Virus record (IMG/VR): IMGVR_UViG_2933206877_000003
Coordinates: 1-64,000 of that record
Length of the DNA stretch: 64,000 nucleotides
Reading direction: 5' to 3' (one strand)
DNA from: a virus
Taxonomy: Duplodnaviria; Caudoviricetes
The notes beneath the pieces are model-generated. The model searched no databases, was not told the origin of the DNA, and worked only from the letters and a program-made list of their open reading frames with translations. This document shows positions 1 through 8,334 of this stretch, piece by piece (the stretch's first letter is position 1; each line of letters opens with the position of its first letter). Both the position numbers and the translations under genes were made by a program.

Positions 1-294
1 TCAGTCCTTCGCACCCTCATCGAGCGGCGGCGGGTTCTGCACGTTGCCGTCCGGGACGGTCGGCGTGTGCGTCTGCATGTACGGCAGCGGGCCGTCGTAC
101 AGGCCGACGGACATCTGCAACTCCTCGTCGTAGACGGCGAGCGGCAGGACGGTCGCCTGGGAGGCGTCGGGCGTACGGGCGAAGCGCAGGGCCCACGGCC
201 GGCTGCTGGTGTTCGAGGCCGGCTCCGTGCTGTGGGGGATGCGCCCGCCCTCGGGCGCGAGCGGGAACGCTTCCCGCATGTCGGCAACGATCAT
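1..294 (-). CDS. tgmA: Putative ATP-grasp-modified RiPP (graspetide) precursor, TgmA-like
   Basis: Leader motif RPWALRF...YDEELQ, Thr/Asp-rich C-terminal core THTPTVPDG...LDEGAKD, AAGGAG RBS 6 nt upstream, and context of XRE plus DUF6415 genes. Confidence 0.75.
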   Translation of the reverse strand: MIVADMREAFPLAPEGGRIPHSTEPASNTSSRPWALRFARTPDASQATVLPLAVYDEELQMSVGLYDGPLPYMQTHTPTVPDGNVQNPPPLDEGAKD

Positions 295-365
295 GTTGCA
301 CTCCTTGGTTCGGTTACTGATGGATACCGCCCGTTTGCCGGGCGGAGATCGTGGTGGGCGCCGAC

Positions 366-695
366 CTAGAGCAGCCGCGCGATGGATTCCGGCAGGAACA
401 GGTCGCGCGCTCGGTGCTCGGCCCAGAGGATCGCGACATCCGGTCGTCCGGCGTACGAGGGGCAGATGTCGCAGAGGCGGGTGTGCGGGGCGGGCACGTC
501 GTCGGAGTGGGCCTCCACGATGTGGCGGGAGATGAAGAGTTGTTGGTCTAAGCAGCCGACGTCCGCGCGGATCTTCTCAGCGAGGCCGACCAGGAGTGCC
601 GCGCACTGGTCACACCCGAACATGAACGGCGGTGGAACCGGGAGAGTCTCCTCATTCGGAGTGTCCGTCGGGTCCTCGTGCCGGTCGCTCGTCAC
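366..695 (-). CDS. Cys/His-rich hypothetical protein
   Basis: GTG start after GAAGGAG; CxxC...H...H, CxxC and WAEH motifs typical of small genes upstream of actinomycete tgmA loci. Confidence 0.6.
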   Translation of the reverse strand: MTSDRHEDPTDTPNEETLPVPPPFMFGCDQCAALLVGLAEKIRADVGCLDQQLFISRHIVEAHSDDVPAPHTRLCDICPSYAGRPDVAILWAEHRARDLFLPESIARLL

Positions 696-949
696 TCGCT
701 GTCTCCTTCGACTGCGGCTGTTCTCGTTCCGGTGCTCGCCCCGCCGAGGTCTTCCGGTTCCTGCGGCGGGGCGAGCGTTCCCGTCGCGTCGCGGCTTCCG
801 TTCCGCAGCGCGACGGGGCTGGTGGGTGCGGCCCTGACCCGGAGCGGCCGCCATGGGGGTGCGTCAGTGCGAGGTCCGCGCCAGCACCACGGCGAGGACG
901 GGGCCGGTCACGGCCACCACGTAGATGAGCAGGGCGCAGATTGATCTCA

Positions 950-1156
950 TTACCGTCGGCTCCCGCCGGCGATGAGGAGAGGGACCACGCCCATGCCCGA
1001 CAGAGCCATCTCGATGGCTTCGTAGCGGTGCTGTGGGTGCGCCCAAATGTTCCAGCCTGGCCCCGAGGAGACTTCCTGGGACGCGATCAGGACCGCGTCG
1101 GCCTCGTCGGTGATCGGTTTACCGCAGGGGCGACAGAATCGCACGAAGGCGGTCAC
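950..1156 (-). CDS. Small CxxC hypothetical protein
   Basis: CRPCGKPI...SSGPG..WAH; overlaps the upstream gene by 4 nt. Confidence 0.6.
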   Translation of the reverse strand: MTAFVRFCRPCGKPITDEADAVLIASQEVSSGPGWNIWAHPQHRYEAIEMALSGMGVVPLLIAGGSRR

Positions 1157-1530
1157 CGGTTCCCGCCGCCGAGTTGCTCGTAGTGGTCACACAAGGCTCT
1201 GACGCAGCGGGCGAGCTTGCGCGCCACCGCGACGCGGACGTCCGGTGTGCAGCCGTCCCCGATCCGCAGCTTCCTGGTCGCCTCGCCGACGCAGGCGAGC
1301 GCGCAGAACTTCGGGATGCTGTCAGCATCTGTTTGCTGAGCCTGCGCCTCAACCGCGGGGATCAGCAGTCCGAGATGCGTTCGCAGCAGCGCGGTGAGCG
1401 TCTCCAGCTCGGGCGCGACCGGCGGCAGGACGTCGGGCCCATCGTCCGGGCCGAGCAGCTGGGCCGCTGTCTCCAGCATGGGCGCGGTGTCGATCCGGCC
1501 GGCTGCGGGGTTTGCCGCTGCTCTGGTCAT
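1153..1530 (-). CDS. DUF6415-like protein
   Basis: LRTHLGLLIPAVE...CVGEATRKL...LARCVRALCDHYE pattern; coupled to neighbours. Confidence 0.7.
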   Translation of the reverse strand: MTRAAANPAAGRIDTAPMLETAAQLLGPDDGPDVLPPVAPELETLTALLRTHLGLLIPAVEAQAQQTDADSIPKFCALACVGEATRKLRIGDGCTPDVRVAVARKLARCVRALCDHYEQLGGGNR

Positions 1531-1736
1531 CGTGCATCACCGGCCTCGCGGTGCCACGGGCAGGCGCACGGGGGAAGCATGGTGTTCATCGGCTCGGGCG
1601 GCGGCACGTATCCGCGAGGCACGGACACGGTGGCGCGCGGGGGCGTGACGCTGCCGTCGCGTGTGACCGTGTACACCTTGATCGTCATGGCCGGACCTCG
1701 TGTCCGTCCTCGCAGTCGGCCTGTACCGTTTGTCAT
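1527..1736 (-). CDS. Small hypothetical protein
   Basis: MTIKVYTVTRDG...PPCACPWH; 4-nt overlap with the next gene; true start may be the internal Met. Confidence 0.55.
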   Translation of the reverse strand: MTNGTGRLRGRTRGPAMTIKVYTVTRDGSVTPPRATVSVPRGYVPPPEPMNTMLPPCACPWHREAGDAR

Positions 1737-1826
1737 GTCGACGCTCCCTCACTGGAATGAGCGTTGGCCAGCCCCCGGACCGTGGCGCGGTCGCGGGGGT
1801 CCGTCTGTTAGCAGGATGCCGACACG

Positions 1827-1866
1827 AAAAGGCCCTAACTATCAGTCTTCACTGATAGCTAGGGCC
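1827..1866 (-). terminator. 16-bp inverted repeat followed by a U-tract; intrinsic terminator and/or operator
   Basis: GGCCCTAACTATCAGT-CTTC-ACTGATAGCTAGGGCC (1 mismatch) at 1831-1866, followed by TTTT on the minus strand, just after the XRE stop. Confidence 0.7.
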
Positions 1867-1882
1867 AACGTTTAACAGTCAG

Positions 1883-3067
1883 TCACATGCCGAGCCAGGA
1901 GCCATAGTTGGTGAAGCTGTTCGGCATCTGACGCCTGGCTGCGTCCAGTCCTGCGTACGTCTCGCGGACCGTCGGGTGATAACGGGTCTGCTGCGGAGCC
2001 AGCTTCCGGGCGATGAGCAGGCTCTTGAACGCTGCGTCGGTCTGGCCGGTCCACATCTGGGCCCTGGCGACCTCGGCGTGGTGGTGGGCGAGCCGGGATG
2101 GCGGCCAGTCGTCGGGGATCGCCGTGTCCTCCGCCTGGCGCACGGCCTCCGGGTACAGGTCCAGCTCGGCGAGCACGCTCACCCGGTGCACACCGACGTT
2201 CGTGGGCCCGAAGGACAGCCAGTACACCCTCTCGGCCGGCCCAGTGCGCTTCGCGATCCGAGCCGCCTCAGCGAGATGCCCTTCGGCGGTCTCCTTGTCC
2301 TTGTCCCGGCCAGCCAGCACAGCGGCGCCGAGGTGTAGCTGTCCGGTGACGACGTCCAGGACTCGGCCGTGCTCCGCCTGCTCCAGGGTGGACATACCGA
2401 GTCCGACCAGCCGCTTGCCGGTCTTGTAGTCGCTGGCCCGCAGGTAGGCCAGCGCGCGGAGGTACTGGCGCATGCCGCCGAGCACCGGGTCCGAGGCGCG
2501 CTGCGCCGCCCAGTCCATCCGGTCCAGGGCGACGGTGCACAGGTCCGGGTAGCCCAACTTGGTCGTGACGTCGTACGCGGTCCGGTAGGTGCTGGCCAGC
2601 AGCTGCCAGGTGCGCGTGGTGCCGCTGGTGTGCGCTCGGTTCGTCGCCTCATGGATGAGGGACGGGAGTTCTGCGGCCACCTGCTTGATGTTCGTCGCGC
2701 GGACCATGGCGCACAGCCGATCGGCGTCCGCTTCCAGCTCCTCGACTGGACGCGGGGCCAGGTCAGGGTCGGCGCCGAGGTCGTAGATGTTGAGCGCCTC
2801 CCGGATCGGGTTGATGAGACCGTCAAGCTGGTCATGGCGCAGCTCGTCGAGGTAGGGCTGACCGTTGAGGTCTGAGACGGGCACCGACAGCGCGCGGGCG
2901 AGTGCCCCTATCACCGAAGGGCTGGCCGGCATGATGCCCTGCTCGACCTTGGTGATGGTGCTGTAGGAGACGTGGGAGAGATCAGCCAGTTCGCGTTGGG
3001 TCAGACGACGAATTTTCCGAGCGTGCGCAATGCGCGCGCCTGTGTGCTCTACAGAGTGCCGGGGCAT
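1883..3067 (-). CDS. XRE-family HTH transcriptional regulator with TPR-like C-terminus
   Basis: N-terminal ARKIRRLTQRELADLSHVSYSTITKVEQG; C-terminal FGPTNVGVH...APQQTRYHP motifs of the actinomycete XRE-TPR family. Confidence 0.88.
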   Translation of the reverse strand: MPRHSVEHTGARIAHARKIRRLTQRELADLSHVSYSTITKVEQGIMPASPSVIGALARALSVPVSDLNGQPYLDELRHDQLDGLINPIREALNIYDLGADPDLAPRPVEELEADADRLCAMVRATNIKQVAAELPSLIHEATNRAHTSGTTRTWQLLASTYRTAYDVTTKLGYPDLCTVALDRMDWAAQRASDPVLGGMRQYLRALAYLRASDYKTGKRLVGLGMSTLEQAEHGRVLDVVTGQLHLGAAVLAGRDKDKETAEGHLAEAARIAKRTGPAERVYWLSFGPTNVGVHRVSVLAELDLYPEAVRQAEDTAIPDDWPPSRLAHHHAEVARAQMWTGQTDAAFKSLLIARKLAPQQTRYHPTVRETYAGLDAARRQMPNSFTNYGSWLGM

Positions 3068-3192
3068 ACTGGTCTCCGTTCTGAACTCGACACTCAGAAC
3101 GGTACCCCGGGCCCGCACCGGGGGACCCGCTCAACGGCCCTCTCCTTAACGGTGGGGGCCGTTGCCGTTGAGGCCGGCGCCCGCATGAGAGA

Positions 3193-3226
3193 GCCCCCCG
3201 CCGCGCGGAGGACGCGGCGGGGGGGC
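3193..3226 (-). terminator. GC-rich hairpin downstream of the TROVE gene
   Basis: CCCCCCGCCGCG-N7-CGCGGCGGGGGG. Confidence 0.6.
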
Positions 3227-3275
3227 GATGTTCAACGCTGGCCTCGCCGCCCGAGGACAGCGGAGCTGGACGCCA

Positions 3276-4949
3276 TCAGACCTCCCACGGCCAGCCCGCG
3301 TCGCGGCCGCGCGACAGCAGCGCGATCGTCGTGAACAGCTGGTCGGAGAATCCGCCGACCTCGTACCGGTTCGGCTGGCTCGTGTCGATGGACGCGGGCC
3401 CGTACCCAGTGGTGTTGATGCCGAACATGGGCACGTCGGCCGGGATCGCGTCCGACACGGACACGGGCCGGTAGCTGCCCCGGAAGGGCCAGGGCGCGCC
3501 ACCGCCCGGGTGGGCGAACGCCTGCATGTCGCTGATGATCACAACCCGGTCGTGCCTGTCGTACGAGGCCCGGAGAGCTGCCACGGTCTCCGTACCGTGT
3601 CCGACCTCGCCGAGCCTCTGGCAGAACGCTTCGGTCTGGCGCAGCACGCTGCCACCCTTGGCCAGTGGGTGCGTGAACGCGCCGTTGGCGTAGCCGACGA
3701 GGTCTACGTCGCAGCCGCGCGCAGCGAGCGCCACCGCGAACAGGGCCCCCACGTCGACATGCCGGATCTGGCTCTTGGCGGACACGGTGCCCATCATCGA
3801 CCCCGACGTGTCGACGAGGACCAGGGTCCGGCCGGGCAGGGCCGGGATGTTCGCGGTGGACGCGGCCAGGGCCTGGTCCAGGGCGTGGCCCCAGCGCAGC
3901 GACGGCGCCGCCCGGTAGGCGGAGAGGAACCGGTACGGGAACTGCCGCGAGCGGCGAACCTCCTCGGGGTCGGCGAGCCGGGCCGCGATCGAGGCCGCCA
4001 TCTCGTCGGAGACACCCGCCTCGTCGAAGTTCCGCAGGTTCCGGGTGAGCGCCATCAGCCCCATGGAGGGGATGACGGCCTCCCACACCGCAGCATCCAT
4101 CGGCCCCTGAAGCCAGCCCGCCAGTGCCTCCCACGTCATGCCCGCCTCGGCCAGGCGCGCGGCGCCGTCGGGGCCGGTGACGAGCGCGCGGCGCTCCCCC
4201 ACCGGCAGGGCCATGAGGGCCTGGCGCGCGGACAGCGTCCGGTTCGATGCGGGCGGGACGGCCGTGTCCGGGTGGTGCCGCCGGTCGAGGGCGTACTGGA
4301 AGAGGTCGCCCTGCCAGGGCTTGTCCGGCGCGGGTGCGGCGTGCACCAGGTTGAGGACGTCACCGAACCGGTAACCCCGGGCCGCGGTGTCGTACTTCAG
4401 CAGGGCCTTGCCGCTGTAGAGCCGCTGCACAGCGTCGCCGATCCCGCGCTTGAGCGGCTTCGGCAGGCGGCGCCCGTACTGCTGCGTCCAGTAGCCGAGC
4501 AGCTCGCCGGGCTCGTCGGGCCGCTGGAGGACGGAGTCGACGACACGCCGGTTCCAGCCGCCGCCCTCGCTGCTGGCCGTCGCGGTGTCGGGGACCAGGT
4601 AGCCCGCCTGCTCGGCCGCGAGACGCGCGTGCACGAACTCGGCGGCGCCGACGACGGCCGCCGACCGCATGTTCGCCGAGCCGCGCAGCCACCCGAGCAG
4701 GGCGGCTGTCCACGCAGGGTCCGCGACGGCGAGCTGGCGCATGAGCTGGCGGAACCGGTTGTCGCGGTCGCCTGCGCTCTCGTAGAAGGAGTCCTGGCCG
4801 ACCATGTTGGTGACGGCGAGCAGGAACAGGTCGCTGCGGGCGTCGCGGACGAACGCGGTGCCGCCCTCGTGGGTGGTGGTGGGCTTGCCGGTCGTGGCGA
4901 CCGGGCCGCGTGCGACCGGGCGCGAAGTGCGGGTGTTGAACCGGGACAT
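3276..4949 (-). CDS. Ro60/Rsr-like TROVE domain RNA-binding protein with C-terminal vWA domain
   Basis: THEGG...FYESA, MR, LPKPLKRG, LLKYD, TWE, MALTRNLRNF, SRQFPYRF and vWA MIDAS LVDTSGSM...IISDMQ; GGAGG RBS. Confidence 0.93.
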   Translation of the reverse strand: MSRFNTRTSRPVARGPVATTGKPTTTHEGGTAFVRDARSDLFLLAVTNMVGQDSFYESAGDRDNRFRQLMRQLAVADPAWTAALLGWLRGSANMRSAAVVGAAEFVHARLAAEQAGYLVPDTATASSEGGGWNRRVVDSVLQRPDEPGELLGYWTQQYGRRLPKPLKRGIGDAVQRLYSGKALLKYDTAARGYRFGDVLNLVHAAPAPDKPWQGDLFQYALDRRHHPDTAVPPASNRTLSARQALMALPVGERRALVTGPDGAARLAEAGMTWEALAGWLQGPMDAAVWEAVIPSMGLMALTRNLRNFDEAGVSDEMAASIAARLADPEEVRRSRQFPYRFLSAYRAAPSLRWGHALDQALAASTANIPALPGRTLVLVDTSGSMMGTVSAKSQIRHVDVGALFAVALAARGCDVDLVGYANGAFTHPLAKGGSVLRQTEAFCQRLGEVGHGTETVAALRASYDRHDRVVIISDMQAFAHPGGGAPWPFRGSYRPVSVSDAIPADVPMFGINTTGYGPASIDTSQPNRYEVGGFSDQLFTTIALLSRGRDAGWPWEV

Positions 4950-4991
4950 GAGAACGCCTCCTCTGCTGGAGCTGGAGGAGGCGGGAAGCGA

Positions 4992-5133
4992 GGGTGCCCG
5001 AGATCAAGACGGCGACGGTACGTAAGCGTGCTGCTGTTACACCACAGCCGACCCCCCGGGCCGGCCGCCAGGATTTGCACCTGGACCACTCGATCCCAAA
5101 TCGAAGTATCCGTTGCCTGCGCACCGGGCACCC
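4992..5133 (-). ncRNA. yrlA: YrlA-like Y RNA copy 3 (permuted tRNA mimic; UGG loop)
   Basis: Terminal stem GGGUGCCCG/CGGGCACCC; GGUGCGCAG...CUUGAUC Ro helix; hairpin UCGA-UUUGGGA-UCGA; T arm CCAGG-UGCAAAU-CCUGG; closed acceptor stem; D arm. Confidence 0.85.
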
Positions 5134-5140
5134 GGCGCTT

Positions 5141-5284
5141 GTGCCTCCCGAGATCAAGTCGGTGACGGTGACGTTGGCGTCCTAGGCCGCTGGACGACAC
5201 CGGCCGTGAAGCCGGCGGCGGGATTCGAACCCGCGTCTCCCTCTTAGCAGGAGAAGTAACCGTTACCTGCGCACCGGGAGGTGC
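5141..5284 (-). ncRNA. yrlA: YrlA-like Y RNA copy 2 (permuted tRNA mimic; GCU loop)
   Basis: Terminal stem CCUCCCG/CGGGAGG; CUC-CUGCUAA-GAG; T arm GCGGG-UUCGAAU-CCCGC; acceptor CGCCGGC-UUCACG-GCCGGUG; D arm GUCC-AGCGGCCUA-GGAC. Confidence 0.88.
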
Positions 5285-5298
5285 GTATGAAGTTGTGG

Positions 5299-5430
5299 GT
5301 CCAGAGGTCAGGTCGGCGACGGTACGTAGCGCTCTACCAACTGAGCTACACCGGCCGCAGCCGATGGCAGGACTCGAACCTGCGACCACTCGATTAACAG
5401 TCGAAGTACCCGTTGCCTTCGCACCTGGAC
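5299..5430 (-). ncRNA. yrlA: YrlA-like Y RNA copy 1 (permuted tRNA mimic; GUU loop)
   Basis: Terminal stem GUCCAG/CUGGAC; GGUGCGAAGG; UCGA-CUGUUAA-UCGA; T arm GCAGG-UUCGAGU-CCUGC; acceptor CAUCGGC-UGCG-GCCGGUG; D arm GCUC-AGUUGGUA-GAGC. Confidence 0.9.
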
Positions 5431-5470
5431 GTGGACCACCGTAGACACAGCGCCCGTCAACCGGCCAATG
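5431..5470 (-). promoter_or_regulatory. Candidate promoter of the Y RNA-Ro60 unit
   Basis: TACGGT (-10-like) ends 7 nt before the first Y RNA nucleotide; the -35 is ambiguous (TTGGCC or TTGACG at non-ideal spacing). Confidence 0.4.
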
Positions 5471-5489
5471 AATAAGCCCTAGTACGCGG

Positions 5490-5525
5490 CAAAGACCCCC
5501 CGCCGCGTTACGCGGCGGGGGGTCT
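5490..5525 (-). terminator. Intrinsic terminator ending the late/lysis operon
   Basis: AGACCCCCCGCCGCG-TTA-CGCGGCGGGGGGTCT, with the minus-strand stem running into TTT. Confidence 0.75.
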
Positions 5526-5536
5526 GGCCCGAGGGT

Positions 5537-6205
5537 TCAGGCGTATTGGCGACGCAGCGGATCGAGGCCGAGCGCCTGGGGTGTGGAGGGTGAGTCGCTG
5601 TCGCTGGGCTGGGGTGTGTCGTCGCGCCGACAGACGAGGGCGTCTGGGTCGTCTGGTGGGGGCTGGAGGCTGTAGCCGGCCGGGCAGTTCTGGCCGTCCT
5701 TGCCGTCGGCGCCGTCCTTCCCGTCTTTGCCGTCCTGGCCCGCCGGTCCGGCCGGTCCGGCTGGCCCGGGCGGTCCCGAGGGGCCTGGCCGGCCATCAGC
5801 GCCGTTGGCACCTGATGCGCCGGCTGGCCCGGTCGCGCCGGCGGCCCCCGGTGCCCCGGTCACGCTGGCCCCGTCGGTCCCGTTCTTCCCGTCCGTTCCG
5901 GCGCGGCCGGCCGATCCGGACGGGCCCGGCGGTCCAGCTGGCCCCCGCGGGCCGGTCACGCTGCGGCCGGGCTCGCCGCGGCTGCCCGGCGGACCGGCTA
6001 CCGGCGATGCGCCGAGCCGCTCAACCTGCGCAGCCAGCGCATCGCGCGCATGGTTCGCGGTGGCCAACTCCTCGTGCAGTGCGACGAACTGGACGACGAG
6101 CAGGGCCAGGCCGGCGAAGAGGACGACGACCATTCCGGCGATGACAGCCTCAGCGCGCGGCAGCGTGAGCCGCCGCAACTTGTTGCTGTGCTTGGCGTCG
6201 CTCAC
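5537..6205 (-). CDS. Membrane-anchored collagen-like protein in the lysis cassette
   Basis: N-terminal TM helix, coiled coil, long G-X-Y repeats, C-terminal CPAGY...LVC. Confidence 0.75.
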   Translation of the reverse strand: MSDAKHSNKLRRLTLPRAEAVIAGMVVVLFAGLALLVVQFVALHEELATANHARDALAAQVERLGASPVAGPPGSRGEPGRSVTGPRGPAGPPGPSGSAGRAGTDGKNGTDGASVTGAPGAAGATGPAGASGANGADGRPGPSGPPGPAGPAGPAGQDGKDGKDGADGKDGQNCPAGYSLQPPPDDPDALVCRRDDTPQPSDSDSPSTPQALGLDPLRRQYA

Positions 6206-6561
6206 TTCCCCACCACCGCCCAGATCGCGATGACGCTGGAGATGAGGCAGATGGCCACCGGCACGATCAGCTGGTAGAGGCGCGCTTGCCGTTCTGCGTC
6301 GCGGCGCTTGGCCTCGTCGCGCTGGTAGGCCTCGAACGCGTCCTCCAACTGGGCGGACTCGGTGCCGCACCTCTGGATGTCGGCCTGGAGCTGGGAGATC
6401 CGCTGCTCGACGTGGGTGGTCTGGATCGTGTAGACGTCCAGCGACACCATCTTGTCCAGCCGCGAGTTCAGCTCAGAGAATCGGTTGTCCAGGCTCTGCT
6501 GGAGTGAGCCGATGAGCCGCCCGAGTTCGCCGTTGGATGGCTCATCGGTCACTGGAGGCAT
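6202..6561 (-). CDS. Coiled-coil membrane protein (lysis cassette)
   Basis: EPSNGELGR N-terminus, coiled coil, C-terminal TM helix. Confidence 0.7.
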   Translation of the reverse strand: MPPVTDEPSNGELGRLIGSLQQSLDNRFSELNSRLDKMVSLDVYTIQTTHVEQRISQLQADIQRCGTESAQLEDAFEAYQRDEAKRRDAERQARLYQLIVPVAICLISSVIAIWAVVGK

Positions 6562-6564
6562 CCG

Positions 6565-6777
6565 TCAGAGGATCTGCGGCGACTCGGCGGTGGGCGGCGC
6601 CGGCGTCTGCGGCCGGTTGGGAACAGCCCAGGTGAAGCCGAGCCCTCCGAGGACGGACAGGACGATGGTGACGGTTTCGGCCGCCGTGATGTGGCCGTCC
6701 TGCACGGCGGCCGCCGCGGTTCCGCCGCCTGCCACGACGGCGGCGACGACTGCCTTCCAGTAGCGGGATACCTTCAT
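6565..6777 (-). CDS. Holin
   Basis: Two TM segments, YWKAVVA...DG.IT..E...WAVPN, directly after the endolysin. Confidence 0.78.
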   Translation of the reverse strand: MKVSRYWKAVVAAVVAGGGTAAAAVQDGHITAAETVTIVLSVLGGLGFTWAVPNRPQTPAPPTAESPQIL

Positions 6778-6780
6778 CGC

Positions 6781-7719
6781 TCAGCCCTCCTGGGGGTTGG
6801 TGACGGTGACGGTGGCCTTCAGGCCGTTCAGCTTGGCCACGAGCGCGGCCTCCAGGGCGGCCGGGTCGAGGGCGGCGAGCGCGGCCTGGAGCTGCTTGAC
6901 GCGGTCGAGAGTCTCGCGGATGCCCATGACCTGGGTGTACTGGGTGTAGGTGCCCGTCCAGGTCGTGTTGTTCGGGGTCTTCCCGTCGGCCTGGAAGTAG
7001 TCCGTGTTGTTGTACGGCGGGGCGGCGGCCGGGATCACGTCCGCGGCCCAGATCCGCTTCAGGTCGCTGTCCTCGAGCGCGCCGCCGCCGGCGAGGAGCT
7101 TGGTCACCACCGCGGCGGCGACCTTGTCGATGTCGTCCTGTGTCAGTGCCACGTCTACCTCCTGGGATCCGGCCCACGCGGCGAGCGCGGCGCGGTCGGT
7201 GAAGTTGCCGAGGTCGCGGTCGGTGCCTCGGATGCCGTACTGGTGGAACAGCCACGGCGCCTTGATGCCGGGTTTGCCCGCAGCGTGGTTGGGGTCGGCG
7301 ATCCATAGCCCGTCGCCGCAGTAGCCGGTCTTGTCGACGCCGGTCCAGCGGGCCACGTCGCAGTAGAGGATGCTGCGGTGCCCGGACCGCAGCTGCTTCA
7401 CGGCCTTGATGAAGCTGTCCTTGTCGGCGTTGCTGGCCAGCCCGCTCGCGGTGGGCTCCCAGTCGCAGGCAAGGATGTCGCCGGGCTGACTCACCGCCTT
7501 CTCCACGAAGAAGGAGGCCTGCTCCTGGACGCTGCCCGGGTGCAGGAAGTGGTAGAAGCCGACGACGCATCCGGCGGCGCGGGCGTGCGCGGCCTGGGCG
7601 GCCATGAGCGGGTTGACGTATGACGTCCCTTCCGTCGCCTTGACGAAGACGAAGCCCAGCCCGTTGGTGTCGTACGTCGCGCTCTGGAACGAACTGACGT
7701 CGATGCCCTGAACGGTCAT
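6781..7719 (-). CDS. Endolysin, GH25 muramidase
   Basis: GIDVSSFQ, FVKATEG, GFYHF, DWE, LWIA, HQY motifs. Confidence 0.93.
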   Translation of the reverse strand: MTVQGIDVSSFQSATYDTNGLGFVFVKATEGTSYVNPLMAAQAAHARAAGCVVGFYHFLHPGSVQEQASFFVEKAVSQPGDILACDWEPTASGLASNADKDSFIKAVKQLRSGHRSILYCDVARWTGVDKTGYCGDGLWIADPNHAAGKPGIKAPWLFHQYGIRGTDRDLGNFTDRAALAAWAGSQEVDVALTQDDIDKVAAAVVTKLLAGGGALEDSDLKRIWAADVIPAAAPPYNNTDYFQADGKTPNNTTWTGTYTQYTQVMGIRETLDRVKQLQAALAALDPAALEAALVAKLNGLKATVTVTNPQEG

Positions 7720-7988
7720 GAGATCACCGGCCAGGACCAGGTGCCGGGCTCGTCGCCCTGGCGGCGGGACGTCGCCCAGTAGGCGTCGGGACCGTCCAGC
7801 AGGACCTGGAGGTTGACCGCGTCGGCCGGGTTCCCGGTGAACACGCGCACGACGACGGCCGGGTACCGGTCGCCCTCGCGGACGAAGTTGCCGTTCTGCC
7901 CGTTGTGGGAGCGCTGCTGGGCAATGTGCCGGGCGTCGTCCTCGGTGAGCTTGTACAGGACGATGCGGCCGGGGGTCGGTTGAGACAT
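7716..7988 (-). CDS. Conserved phage hypothetical protein
   Basis: PTPGRIVLY...PAVV...VNLQVLLDG...GTWSWP; coupled to the endolysin start. Confidence 0.7.
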   Translation of the reverse strand: MSQPTPGRIVLYKLTEDDARHIAQQRSHNGQNGNFVREGDRYPAVVVRVFTGNPADAVNLQVLLDGPDAYWATSRRQGDEPGTWSWPVIS

Positions 7989-8010
7989 GGGGCGTTACTC
8001 CTTCGAGCGG

Positions 8011-8334
8011 TCAGGCCGGGATCCACGCGCCGCCGCGCACCCAGCCGTGTGTGCCGCAGCAGGGCCACAGCAGGGAGGGCTCCAGGTGCAGCGGCTCGGT
8101 GGAGATGAGGGTGTGCTCGGGGGCGGCCTGAGCCATCCATCGGCCCTGCTGGCTGCACCAGTGCCAGAACCAGGGGTTCGGGTCGGCCGGGTCTGCTCGT
8201 AGATGCTCGGGGACCCAGCCGTAGGCGATGTCGGAGGTGAGCTGATGGATCTCGGTCCACCAGTCGCACCACATCGGCGGGGGATCGTTGCGGTCGGAGA
8301 AGGCCACCGGACGCTCCGTCTCGTCGTTCACCAC
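8011..8334 (-). CDS. DUF6527-like Cys/His protein
   Basis: C-terminal LEPSLL..CCGTHGWVRGG.W motif. Confidence 0.55.
   Translation of the reverse strand: MVNDETERPVAFSDRNDPPPMWCDWWTEIHQLTSDIAYGWVPEHLRADPADPNPWFWHWCSQQGRWMAQAAPEHTLISTEPLHLEPSLLWPCCGTHGWVRGGAWIPA

Noticed and set aside
3228-5165. 645-aa plus-strand ORF
   Set aside because: Antisense shadow of the TROVE gene; Arg/Gly-rich with no motifs, typical of high-GC DNA.
4360-5389. Minus-strand ORFs 4360-5157 and 4397-5389 crossing the Y RNAs
   Set aside because: Alternative frames over TROVE and the ncRNAs with no protein-like features.
4992-5430. CRISPR array or ordinary tRNA cluster
   Set aside because: The repeated parts are the two strands of a stem enclosing structured tRNA arms, not repeats with unstructured spacers, and there are no cas genes. 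The T arm precedes the D arm and there is no free CCA end, so these are not canonical tRNAs.
5690-6000. Short tandem DNA repeats here and at about 22780-22930
   Set aside because: Explained by collagen-like Gly-X-Y coding.
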